Shown here piece after piece: positions 17,089-26,114 of a stretch of 64,000 bases of DNA. Location: positions 16,141-80,140 of the forward strand of contig REDM01000202.1 in the NCBI GenBank assembly GCA_007693485.1. The letters run 5' to 3'. The notes beneath the pieces were generated by a model. It was not told where the DNA came from, searched no databases, and saw only the letters and a program-made list of their open reading frames with translations. Positions within the stretch are counted from its first letter, which is position 1. The number at the start of each line of letters is the position of its first letter. Origin of the DNA: Spirochaetaceae bacterium (GTDB lineage: Bacteria > Spirochaetota > Spirochaetia > DSM-27196 > PWMO01). The position numbers and the translations under genes were made by a program.

Positions 17089-18584
17089 GTTACGTTGCAC
17101 GCGAAACCCTCGCCCGTCAGGCGGATGAGATTCTGACGACCCTTGAAAACCGGGAACTGAGCAAGAAGGAGCGGATGGCCCTTCCCCAGCAGGAGATGCC
17201 GGCCCAGGATCCCGTGGCCCGCCGGGAAACGATGAGCGAGGTCACCTTCGGTTACACCGAAGCGCAGGCCCGGGTGGAGGCGATGCGCTGTCTGCAGTGC
17301 AAGAATGCGCCGTGCATCGAGGGGTGTCCGGTTCGCATCGATATCCCTGGGTTCATCAAGGCAATCGAAGATCGCCGCTACGACCACTCGATCGAGATCA
17401 TCCGCCGCACCAGTCTGCTTCCGTCCATCTGCGGTCGGGTCTGTCCACAGGAGAACCAGTGCCAGGAGCGCTGTACCGTAGGCAAGGCGCTGAAGGACCC
17501 CTTTCAGTCGGTCTCGATCGGCCGCCTCGAGCGTTACGTTGCCGACCGTGCCCGCGAGGAGGCCGAAGGCGGATCACCCGAGGTGAACGCGGAGACCGGC
17601 AAGCGGGTGGCGGTAATCGGCAGCGGCCCCGCGAGCATCACCGTGGCGGCGGACCTGCGCCGCGAAGGCCACGCGGTAACCATCCTCGAGGCCTTCCACC
17701 GACCGGGCGGGGTGATGATCTACGGCATTCCCGAGTTCCGCCTGCCCAAATCAATCGTTGACGAAGAGATCGAAACGCTCAAACGCATGGGTGTGGAGGT
17801 AAAGACCAACTTTCTGGTGGGACGCACCCGCACGCTTCAGGATCTGCTGGACAAAGACGGGTACGACGCGATCTTCATCGGGACCGGAGCCGGGCTTCCC
17901 AAGTTTCTCGGAATCGATGGAGAGAACCTGGTCGGAGTCTTCTCGGCCAACGAATACCTGACCCGCAGCAACATGATGAAGGCGTACGACCGCGAGCGCG
18001 CCGACACGCCCATTTTTCAGCCGAAGGTGGTGGCGGTATTTGGCGGAGGAAACGTGGCGATGGACGCCGCCCGGACCGCGGTGCGGCTTGGTGCCGAATC
18101 GGTCAATGTGATCTACCGCCGCACCCGAACCGAAATGCCTGCCCGCGCCGAGGAGGTCGACCACGCCGAAGAGGAAGGAGTGATCTTTCACTTTTTGACG
18201 AGCCCCAAGCGCATCTTGGGCGACGACGACGATCGCGTTGTTGGAATCGAGTGCCTCTCCTACGAGCTTGGAGAACCGGACGACTCGGGTCGGCGAAGAC
18301 CGATCGCGATTCCCGGCAGCGAGCACGTGATCCCGGTGGACACGGTGCTGGTCTCCATCGGCAACGACTCCAACCCGCTGATCACGCAGACCACGCCGCA
18401 ACTCGAGGCCAACAAATGGGGAAATATCGTCGCCGACGAGAACGGCAAAACGTCGATGGACCGTGTCTACGCGGGCGGCGACATCGTACTCGGCGCCGCC
18501 ACGGTGATCCTGGCGATGGGTGAAGGACGAAAGGCAGCGGCAGCCATCAACCGCATGCTGCGCGGAGAACCGGAGTCAACATGA
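17085..18584 (+). CDS. nfnB: NfnB / glutamate synthase small-chain-like NADPH oxidoreductase (2x[4Fe-4S], FAD)
   Basis: CLQCKNAPCIEGCPV and CGRVCPQENQCQERC clusters. Dinucleotide motifs VAVIGSGPASITVAADL and VAVFGGGNVAMDAART. Start set to the in-frame GTG at 17085, forming a GTGA overlap with the nfnA stop. The track start 17061 is probably too long. Confidence 0.88.
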   Translation: MSYVARETLARQADEILTTLENRELSKKERMALPQQEMPAQDPVARRETMSEVTFGYTEAQARVEAMRCLQCKNAPCIEGCPVRIDIPGFIKAIEDRRYDHSIEIIRRTSLLPSICGRVCPQENQCQERCTVGKALKDPFQSVSIGRLERYVADRAREEAEGGSPEVNAETGKRVAVIGSGPASITVAADLRREGHAVTILEAFHRPGGVMIYGIPEFRLPKSIVDEEIETLKRMGVEVKTNFLVGRTRTLQDLLDKDGYDAIFIGTGAGLPKFLGIDGENLVGVFSANEYLTRSNMMKAYDRERADTPIFQPKVVAVFGGGNVAMDAARTAVRLGAESVNVIYRRTRTEMPARAEEVDHAEEEGVIFHFLTSPKRILGDDDDRVVGIECLSYELGEPDDSGRRRPIAIPGSEHVIPVDTVLVSIGNDSNPLITQTTPQLEANKWGNIVADENGKTSMDRVYAGGDIVLGAATVILAMGEGRKAAAAINRMLRGEPEST

Positions 18585-19042
18585 CGCAACTCTCAGAACT
18601 ACTCGACGACCGCTGCGTCGATCTCAGCCTGAAGAAGGGGCGCAAACGCGTCATTGTGTCCCGACTCGCCGAGCTTGCCGCCCGGACCGACGCCGTCACC
18701 GACGCGACCGGCTTCGAGCGCGAGCTGCTCGAGCGCGAGGATCAGACCTCAACCGCTATCGGTGGCGGAATCGCCATCCCCCACAAGCTCTCTCCGCGCA
18801 TCGCGCGGCGCGTACTGGGCATCGCCCGCTGCGATGAGGGGACAAACTACGGCGCCCCCGACGGGCAGCCGGTACAGCTCTTCTTCCTGCTGCTGGCGCC
18901 CGAGAACGCGCTCAACGATCACCTGCGGGTGCTGAGCCGCCTGGCGCGCTTTCTGCACGACGCAGCCTTCCGCGAGAAGCTGTTGACGGCGACAACCGCC
19001 GAAGAGATACGCTCGGCGTTTCGGGCGAAGGAGCAGGAGTAG
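18581..19042 (+). CDS. ptsN: PTS EIIA(Ntr)-type (fructose/nitrogen family) regulatory protein
   Basis: 153 aa with the active-site His context TAIGGGIAIPH and the LFFLLLAP motif of PTS_EIIA_2. ATGA overlap with the nfnB stop. Confidence 0.85.
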   Translation: MTQLSELLDDRCVDLSLKKGRKRVIVSRLAELAARTDAVTDATGFERELLEREDQTSTAIGGGIAIPHKLSPRIARRVLGIARCDEGTNYGAPDGQPVQLFFLLLAPENALNDHLRVLSRLARFLHDAAFREKLLTATTAEEIRSAFRAKEQE

Positions 19043-20072
19043 GGCCTGCTCGAGTGCCCACTTCCTGGTCCGAACGTTTTACCATGTCCACCTCACGCGG
19101 ATACCGATACTCGCGCCCATTGGGGCCGCGCAGCACGTACGCGGTCGCTTCGATGCGGATGAGCGCACTTTCCACCGGGACCTTCCCTCCCCCGTCGGGC
19201 AGATCGACGGCGTAGGTGGGAAGGGCCAGGCCGGACATCCGCAGCCGCAGTTCCCGCATCAGCTCAAGGCCCCGCTCGATAGTGGTGCGAAAGTGAGAGG
19301 TACCCGCCGCGAGGTCTCCCTGAAAGAGATAGTACGGCCTCACCCCAACGCGTACCAGGGTTGAAAACAGCTCCTGCAGCGTTTCGACGTGATCGTTGAC
19401 TCCGCGCAACAGCACGCTCTGGTTTGCCACCGGAATCCCGGCGCGCAGCAGCCGGTTCACGGCGGTTCGAAACTCGGCGGTCAGTTCCCGCGGATGGTTG
19501 GCGTGCACCACCACCCACGCGGGGCGACGGTTTCCCAGCGCCTCCGCGAACGCCTCGGTGATCCGCGAAGGCAGCACAACGGGCAGGCGGGTGCAGACGC
19601 GGATGAGGCAGTCCGGCCGCGCCTGTCTCAACCGGTCGATGACGGCACAGAGCTCGGCGTCTCCAAGCATGAGCGGATCGCCTCCGGAGAGCAGCACCTC
19701 GGTCACCGCAGGCGTGCGCTCCAGGTAGGCGCACGCGGCATCGAGCTCGGCGGTGGTGATCCGGCCGCCGCCGTACCCCGTGAAGTGACGACGAAAGCAG
19801 TGCCGACAATAGACCGCGCACCGGTCGTTTACCAGCAACAGTGCCCGATCCGCGTAGTGGTGGATGAGGCGCGGAGCCACGGTATACCGCCGATCACCAA
19901 TGGGATCGCTGTCTTCGTAGGGAAGAATCCGGTGTTCGCCTTCCTGCGGAACAAACTGCGCGGCGATTGGGTCGACGGTTGGGTCCAGGCTCTGGGCCAG
20001 GCCCTGGTAGTAGCGGCTTACGCCGAATGGGGGGTGCTCTCCGGCACCCGATGGGTTCTCTGATCGGTTCAC
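18912..20072 (-). CDS. KamA-family radical SAM aminomutase (lysine 2,3-aminomutase / EpmB-like)
   Basis: CxxxCxxC motif in the KamA context (NDRCAVYCRHCFRRHF) and SGGDPL. GTG start at 20072. A low-complexity C-terminal tail overlaps the convergent ptsN by 131 nt. Confidence 0.85.
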   Translation of the reverse strand: MNRSENPSGAGEHPPFGVSRYYQGLAQSLDPTVDPIAAQFVPQEGEHRILPYEDSDPIGDRRYTVAPRLIHHYADRALLLVNDRCAVYCRHCFRRHFTGYGGGRITTAELDAACAYLERTPAVTEVLLSGGDPLMLGDAELCAVIDRLRQARPDCLIRVCTRLPVVLPSRITEAFAEALGNRRPAWVVVHANHPRELTAEFRTAVNRLLRAGIPVANQSVLLRGVNDHVETLQELFSTLVRVGVRPYYLFQGDLAAGTSHFRTTIERGLELMRELRLRMSGLALPTYAVDLPDGGGKVPVESALIRIEATAYVLRGPNGREYRYPREVDMVKRSDQEVGTRAGPTPAPSPETPSVSLRRLSPSTASRGRLRRAESAPGGSAPAGDR

Positions 20073-20156
20073 CGGTGCCGAGTGTGCCGGATCGACGGCG
20101 CTTGGGCTACCCCCCTCACCACCGCCGTGGTATGCTCGTATTCATCGGGGGAAACC

Positions 20157-23100
20157 ATGAATCGCACGCGTGGGTGGAATCGGTGGGTGGTGATTGGCGC
20201 GCTGACTGGTGCGGTGATCGTCGGCCTGGGGATGGCATTGAGCGCCTGCGCGCGACCCGCCGCACCGCTGCCCGTGAGCGATCCGGAACTGCGACGAAGC
20301 AGCGAAGCGCTCGCGGTTTCGCTGTCGCGACGGCGCGATCTGTCGGCCGGCCCGATCGAGTACTACCGGGCCGAGGCGTGGGACGACCAGCTCTTTGCGC
20401 CGGTTGAGAGCGACGAGCAGCTCGCGGTGGTTGCGTGGGGCCCCACCGAAACACTCCCGATCGAGATGGCCCGACCGGTAGTCTACGTGGTCTTTTCGCA
20501 GCCCATGACCGCCCTTGCCGCCGTGGAGGAGACCCGCTCGGGACCGCTGTCGATCAGCCCGGCCCTCCCGGGGCGCCTGCGGTGGCTCGGATCGCGGACG
20601 CTCAGCTTTGAGCCCGATGCCCCGATCACCGGGGCGCGCAGCTTCACGGTTACCGTACCCGCCGACGCCGCCACCCTTGGGGGCCGCTCGCTCGGCGCGG
20701 AGTTCTCCTTCCGCTTCGCAACCCCCGAACTCGACATCATTGATTTCTATCCCGGCACGCCGGATGAGGCCTACCCGTGGGGAGACAGCGAGGTACCGCC
20801 CTCCGCGGCCGAGACCCTTACCGTAGTGCTCAATCACGAGCCGGATCCGCGCGAGCTCTCGCGCCATCTGCAGCTGCGGGCCAACGGGCGACCCGTCGAG
20901 TTCACCCTGAGTGTGGCGAGCGATCGCGCCACCGGCGACCAAACGACCGGTGACCGGGCCCGCGCAGCGCTTGCATCGCGCACGGTTCTCCTGAATGTCG
21001 CAGAGCCGCTTCCGGAGGACAGCGGCATCACGGTCGGTCTCGCCGCGGGCGCCCGCGCAGCAGCCGACCAGGTGGGACGGGCCGAGGCAACCGAGCGCGC
21101 CTTCCACACCATCACGCCCTTTGTACCGGTGTCGCGCCGCGAGCCGGTGTGGGGCTTTCCGCGCCGGACCGGCCCCGACGACCGTGCCGTATTTCTCGCG
21201 TTTTCCCATCCCGTCGACCCGGACAGCGTCGCAGCGAACCTCCGGCTGCCAATTCCGGGTGCCGATCCGGCAAACCACATCGAGGTGTGGGACCGCTTCG
21301 TGCGCGTGAACGGCCTTCCGCTGGAATACGAACAAAAATACTCCTTCACGCTGGGAGCCGGACTCTCAGACGTACACGGCCGGCGCCTTAGTGAGTCGGT
21401 CACCCTCGAGATCCCGGTTCCCGCCCTCCCGCGGTTCTGGCATCTTCCCGATCAGGGCCCACGCATGCTCGAGGCGCAGTTTCCCCCAGCGGTAGCGTGG
21501 ACGCACCAGAACGTTGCCGGCGGCCTCTTCCACATCGAGCGCGTCGAAGACCCCTATGAGAGCATGCCGGCATCACGGCTGCGCCCGATCGATCTCTCGG
21601 CAACGCCCCGCAATCAGCGGGCCGTAAAGCTGATCGACCTGCGGCCGTGGCTCTCCAGCGCGGGCACCGGGTTTGTGCGTATGGCGTGGAACCTCGCCGA
21701 ACCCGACTCCCGAGGCGCGCGGCCGACCTGGCAGCAGCACGACACCATGCTGCAGGTGACCGACCTCGGCATCACCACCCGGATCGGGTACAACCGGGTG
21801 CTGGTCTGGGTACGCTCGCTTTCGAGCGGGCAACCGGTTGCCGGTGCGGCGGTCTCTCTCGTGGACGCGGGGATGCGCGCCCAGCGACGCGCGGCAACCG
21901 ACTCGGATGGGCTGGCTGTGATCCAGCTCGCTCCCGGCGCGTACCGGGCGCTCTTCCCCATGGCCCGCGGAGAGACCGTCCGCGTCCTCGTCGAGCACCA
22001 GGGTGACCGCGCCATGCTGCGACCCAACTGGTCCCACGACCCCTACGTGCACGGCGTCTGGAACAACACCGCACCCGAACAGATCGAATCCGTGCAGCGC
22101 CCGCCGTTGCTCTTCACCGACCGGGGCCTCTACCGTCCCGGTGAGGAGATCGCGATCCGTGGCGTTGATCGTACGTGGATCAGCGGCCGCTACCGCCCCT
22201 ATACCGGTGCGTTTGAGCTTTCCGTGGAGGATCTCAGCGGCGGATCGGGGGAGCCAATCGAACAGGTTCGCGGGACCACGAGCGCCCAGGGCGGGTTCTG
22301 GCATCGCTTTCGGCTTCCCGAGAATGCACCTCCCGGTTACTATCAGATCAGCTACGTCCGCGACGGCATGCGCCACGCCGCGTACTTCCAGATCGCCTTT
22401 TTCCGGCCTGCCGCCTTCTCGCTCTCACTGAGCACTCAGGGCGCTTCCACTGCCGTGCGCGGTGACACCCTCGCGGTCACCGCACGCGCCGACTACCTCT
22501 CAGGAGGTCCGGTAGGGAACGCCGAGACAACCGTGGGCTGGTTCCGCCAGCCGGTGGAGATTGAGTTGAGCGCACCCGAGACCGAAGGGTATCGCTTCGG
22601 ACCGGCGTTGTACTACGATTTCCGCGTGCTCGACAGCAGCGCCACCCGGCTCGACGGTGAAGGCCGTGCCGTACTCACGTGGGCAACTGCGGATGAAGCC
22701 GAGCGCGACGAGGCCACCGACCCAACCGCCGGCTTTTCCGCGTGGGGCGGCGAGACCGCGACGGGAGACGGGGCGGTGCGCCCCGGCACCGCATACCGTT
22801 ACGAAACCGAGGTCCGCGTTCTCGACGCGGCCAATCAGGAGATCTCGGCGGCCACCTCGCTGCTGGTTTATCCGTCCCGGCGGCTGCTGGGGGCTCGGCT
22901 CGCATCGCGCACCGGCGACGCGACGGTCCACTTTGTGGAAGCGGGAACCGAGGCACGCGCCGATCTTGTGCTGTTCGACACGGCAAGCGGCGGCATCGCC
23001 TCCACACGCAGTGAGGTTGCCGTGGAGCTCATCCGCCACAGCTGGCGGGTGTCGCACCAGCGAAGCGCGTGGGGCAGGGTGCGCACCCAATACGAGCCGG

Positions 23101-26100
23101 TGGGAGAGACGGTCTGGTCGGGGACGACCGAGCTGATGAACGGTCGGGGGAGTCTTTCCATTCCGGTCACTCAGGCCGGCATGCATACGCTGCGATTCAC
23201 CGGACGGGACTCAGACGGCCGCTTGATGGTCACCGATCTTTCGTTCTACGGAACTGCCGCCGAGTGGGTCAGGTGGGCTGCCGAAGACCCAACAGCCATC
23301 ACCCTCGTTCCCGATCGCGAGCGCTACCATCCAGGCGATACCGCCCGGATTCTGGTGCAGTCACCCCGTCCCGAGGGCCACTACCTCCTCACCACGGAGC
23401 GCGACGGTATTCTTGATCACCGCCTGATCGGCCTCGAAGGATCCGCCAACGTGATCGAAATTCCGATTACCGACGAACACGTCCCCGTGATCTACGTTGC
23501 GCTATCGGCCAGCCGCCCGCGGATCGCCGACCCGACACCCTATGGGACCGAAGACCTCGGCAAACCGACGGGGTACTTTGGCATCGTGGCCCTGGCAGTG
23601 TCGCCCGACAAACACGTCCTGGACATCGACACCCGGTACGACAAGGAAGAGTACCGCCCCGGCGATCTTGCCACGGTCACCATCCGCGTCAGCCACAACG
23701 GCCGACCGGTTCGCGGCGCGGAACTCACCTATCTGGCCGCCGACCGTGGCGTGCTGGATCTGTTGAACCACCGGGTTCCCGACCCGGTCACGCACTTCTT
23801 CTCGCCCGACCGGTTTCCCCTCGGCGTCATTGGCTCCGACTCGCGATCGATGCTCATTGACCCGGTACTCTTCGACGTCACAAGCCTCGCCGGCGGCGAT
23901 GCCGGCAAGGGAGACGAGGCGGCAACCGTCCGTGAGGACTTCAACCCCCTCGCCGTCTTTGAGCCGGCCCTCATTACCGACGCGTCGGGCACCGTCACGC
24001 TGCGGTTTGTCTTTCCCGACAACCTCACCACCTACCGCGCATCGATTCTCGCGGCTTCCGACGACCGCTTTGGACTGCGCGAAGACGAGCTGCTGGTTAC
24101 CCAGCCAATTGCCGTGCGCGCCGCCGTGCCGCGGCGCATACGTGAACGCGACAGCGTTGAGGCGGGCGTCCTGATCACCAACACCACCGGCCGCGATCAG
24201 CGCGTCACCGTCCTGGTCGAGTCCGCCGGGCCGCAGCTGGTCGTGCACGGAAGCGACCGTCGCACCGTTACCGTCTCGCCGGGAGTGGGAACGACCGTGC
24301 GCTTCGGGATCGCGGCCGCCCGGGCGGGAGCCGGCACCGTGCGGTTCCGCATTGAGGCCGATGACTTCCGCGAGACGCTGGTCGCCGCAATTCCGGTCGA
24401 ACGTCCCATGGTGTCGGAGGCGGTTACCGCGGTAGGCGCGGTCCGGGAAGCAGCGGCCACCGAGACGGTGGTCATTCCTGCCTTCCTGCCCGACGGTGAA
24501 GGCAGCCTGGAGCTGCAGCTCGGCACGAGCCGCGCATCCGACCTCGGCCCCGCGATTCGGGTGCTGCGGGAGGGACGGCGGGAACTGCTCGACCAACGGA
24601 TGAACGCGCTGCTTCCACAGCTGCTCTTCGGGGAACGGCTCGCAGAGGATGACGACCCCGTCGTGGTGCTGACCGCCATAGCCGCGCTGCAGAACCGCGA
24701 CGGTGGGGTCCCATGGAGCGACATGGGCCGGAACGAAGCCTCGTCTCCGTGGACCACCCTCCGGTTTGCCCACCTTCTTTCGCTCGCCGAGGCTCGCGGA
24801 ATTGAGCGTGCAGCGATTGCTGCGCCGGGATTCGACCCGGCGGCGCTGAACCGCTTTCTGCTCGCAATCGCCAATCGGGAGCAGATGCCCTCCTTCCTTC
24901 AGGCATACGCCCTGTGGATGCTGGCCGAGCGAGAAGTGTCCGTGGCCGCACAGCACGCGGCGCGTTCGCGCGATCTGGAGCAGCAGTCCAACGCCACCGT
25001 AGCCATGCTCGCGCTCGCTGGGTACGCCCTGCTCGACGGGAAGGCCGGTGAACCTCCGGCGGCCGTCCGTACCGACGTCGAGCGGCTGGTGCGAACCCTC
25101 TCCAACCGCACGCGCATTGAAACCCGCACGATCGATCTGATCGAACCCTTCGCGCAGCGCTTTCCCTTTGACTCTCAGGTGACCGCGCTCGCGCTGATGC
25201 AGATGGTGCAGATTCGCGCCGGAGCCGATGACGAGACGGTGCAGCGCATCGCGAATACCCTCTCGGCACGCCGTCGTCATGGCCACTGGGCAGGCGGGGC
25301 CGACACCGCGTGGGCCCTGCTCGCCGGATCCGCCCTTGTTGATGCCGAGGGCGCCGCCACCGCGAACCTCTCCACAAACGTCGAGCTCGGTGGGCGATCG
25401 ATTCACGAGTCACTCATCGAAGGAATGGAGACGATCACCAGACGGTTTCCGTTTCCCGAGCCCCCGCTTGCAGATCTGGCCCGCAACCAACCGCTCAGTC
25501 TGCGTTTCCAGGCCGAGGGAAGCGGCATCCTGTTTTTTGCCGCCACCCTGCGCTACGCCCTCCCTCAAGAGGCCCTCCTCGCTCGCGATCACGGTCTGTC
25601 GGTGGTGCGCGAAGTGATGGACCTGGACGGGAACCGCGTCGACCCCGAACAGCTCCTGGCCGGACGCACCTATCGTATGCGGGTCACGGTGAGCTCACCC
25701 GCGCGTCACACCATGATAGCGCTTTCGATGCCGATTCCATCGGGAGCCGAGCTGCTGGACCCGGGTTTCGCCGTCACGGGTGGGTTCCGCGAGACCGGTG
25801 GCGTGATGACCGAGCGATGGGAGCGAGAGAGCGCCTTTGGTGCGCAGGAGACGGTGGTCGCCGAGGGCGTGCTTGAGATCGGCGTGCTCGGCGCGCGCTT
25901 CTCCGCGTTCGCGCCAGTGCGGCGGGCCTACGACGGGGAGCTGGTGTTGATCTATCCAGAATTGTACGCAGGCAGGCGGACCGTGGAGTTCCTCTTCCGT
26001 GCGGTCACGCCGGGGATCTTTCCGACTCCTCCCGTCGTCGCTGCAGGAATCTACACCCCGGAGCTCTTCGGACGAAGCGCCGGCACGCTCTTCCGCATCG

Positions 26101-26114
26101 CGGAGCGTCGATGA
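20157..26114 (+). CDS. Bacterial alpha-2-macroglobulin family lipoprotein (no thioester cysteine)
   Basis: 1985 aa from MNRTRGW (ATG 20157), with the lipobox LSAC. Repeated macroglobulin-like beta domains, an A2M bait/receptor-like layout and a C-terminal helical TED-like region. Followed by pbpC with an ATGA overlap. The only Cys in the protein is the lipobox Cys. Confidence 0.88.
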   Translation: MNRTRGWNRWVVIGALTGAVIVGLGMALSACARPAAPLPVSDPELRRSSEALAVSLSRRRDLSAGPIEYYRAEAWDDQLFAPVESDEQLAVVAWGPTETLPIEMARPVVYVVFSQPMTALAAVEETRSGPLSISPALPGRLRWLGSRTLSFEPDAPITGARSFTVTVPADAATLGGRSLGAEFSFRFATPELDIIDFYPGTPDEAYPWGDSEVPPSAAETLTVVLNHEPDPRELSRHLQLRANGRPVEFTLSVASDRATGDQTTGDRARAALASRTVLLNVAEPLPEDSGITVGLAAGARAAADQVGRAEATERAFHTITPFVPVSRREPVWGFPRRTGPDDRAVFLAFSHPVDPDSVAANLRLPIPGADPANHIEVWDRFVRVNGLPLEYEQKYSFTLGAGLSDVHGRRLSESVTLEIPVPALPRFWHLPDQGPRMLEAQFPPAVAWTHQNVAGGLFHIERVEDPYESMPASRLRPIDLSATPRNQRAVKLIDLRPWLSSAGTGFVRMAWNLAEPDSRGARPTWQQHDTMLQVTDLGITTRIGYNRVLVWVRSLSSGQPVAGAAVSLVDAGMRAQRRAATDSDGLAVIQLAPGAYRALFPMARGETVRVLVEHQGDRAMLRPNWSHDPYVHGVWNNTAPEQIESVQRPPLLFTDRGLYRPGEEIAIRGVDRTWISGRYRPYTGAFELSVEDLSGGSGEPIEQVRGTTSAQGGFWHRFRLPENAPPGYYQISYVRDGMRHAAYFQIAFFRPAAFSLSLSTQGASTAVRGDTLAVTARADYLSGGPVGNAETTVGWFRQPVEIELSAPETEGYRFGPALYYDFRVLDSSATRLDGEGRAVLTWATADEAERDEATDPTAGFSAWGGETATGDGAVRPGTAYRYETEVRVLDAANQEISAATSLLVYPSRRLLGARLASRTGDATVHFVEAGTEARADLVLFDTASGGIASTRSEVAVELIRHSWRVSHQRSAWGRVRTQYEPVGETVWSGTTELMNGRGSLSIPVTQAGMHTLRFTGRDSDGRLMVTDLSFYGTAAEWVRWAAEDPTAITLVPDRERYHPGDTARILVQSPRPEGHYLLTTERDGILDHRLIGLEGSANVIEIPITDEHVPVIYVALSASRPRIADPTPYGTEDLGKPTGYFGIVALAVSPDKHVLDIDTRYDKEEYRPGDLATVTIRVSHNGRPVRGAELTYLAADRGVLDLLNHRVPDPVTHFFSPDRFPLGVIGSDSRSMLIDPVLFDVTSLAGGDAGKGDEAATVREDFNPLAVFEPALITDASGTVTLRFVFPDNLTTYRASILAASDDRFGLREDELLVTQPIAVRAAVPRRIRERDSVEAGVLITNTTGRDQRVTVLVESAGPQLVVHGSDRRTVTVSPGVGTTVRFGIAAARAGAGTVRFRIEADDFRETLVAAIPVERPMVSEAVTAVGAVREAAATETVVIPAFLPDGEGSLELQLGTSRASDLGPAIRVLREGRRELLDQRMNALLPQLLFGERLAEDDDPVVVLTAIAALQNRDGGVPWSDMGRNEASSPWTTLRFAHLLSLAEARGIERAAIAAPGFDPAALNRFLLAIANREQMPSFLQAYALWMLAEREVSVAAQHAARSRDLEQQSNATVAMLALAGYALLDGKAGEPPAAVRTDVERLVRTLSNRTRIETRTIDLIEPFAQRFPFDSQVTALALMQMVQIRAGADDETVQRIANTLSARRRHGHWAGGADTAWALLAGSALVDAEGAATANLSTNVELGGRSIHESLIEGMETITRRFPFPEPPLADLARNQPLSLRFQAEGSGILFFAATLRYALPQEALLARDHGLSVVREVMDLDGNRVDPEQLLAGRTYRMRVTVSSPARHTMIALSMPIPSGAELLDPGFAVTGGFRETGGVMTERWERESAFGAQETVVAEGVLEIGVLGARFSAFAPVRRAYDGELVLIYPELYAGRRTVEFLFRAVTPGIFPTPPVVAAGIYTPELFGRSAGTLFRIAERR

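Noticed and set aside
20142-21335. Long antisense or alternative-frame ORFs throughout the track. Examples: 20142-21335(-), 23502-25406(-), 25999-27306(+), 4398-5666(+), 11685-13184(+), 34615-36123(+), 36526-38793(+), 59918-61165(+), 62555-63673(-).
   Set aside because: Each lies opposite or out of frame to a gene with unmistakable family motifs (A2M, pbpC, tetR, ndh, the cNMP protein, pheST, pyrG, cheB). Their products are Arg/Gly/Pro/His-rich low-complexity sequence typical of shadow ORFs in GC-rich DNA.
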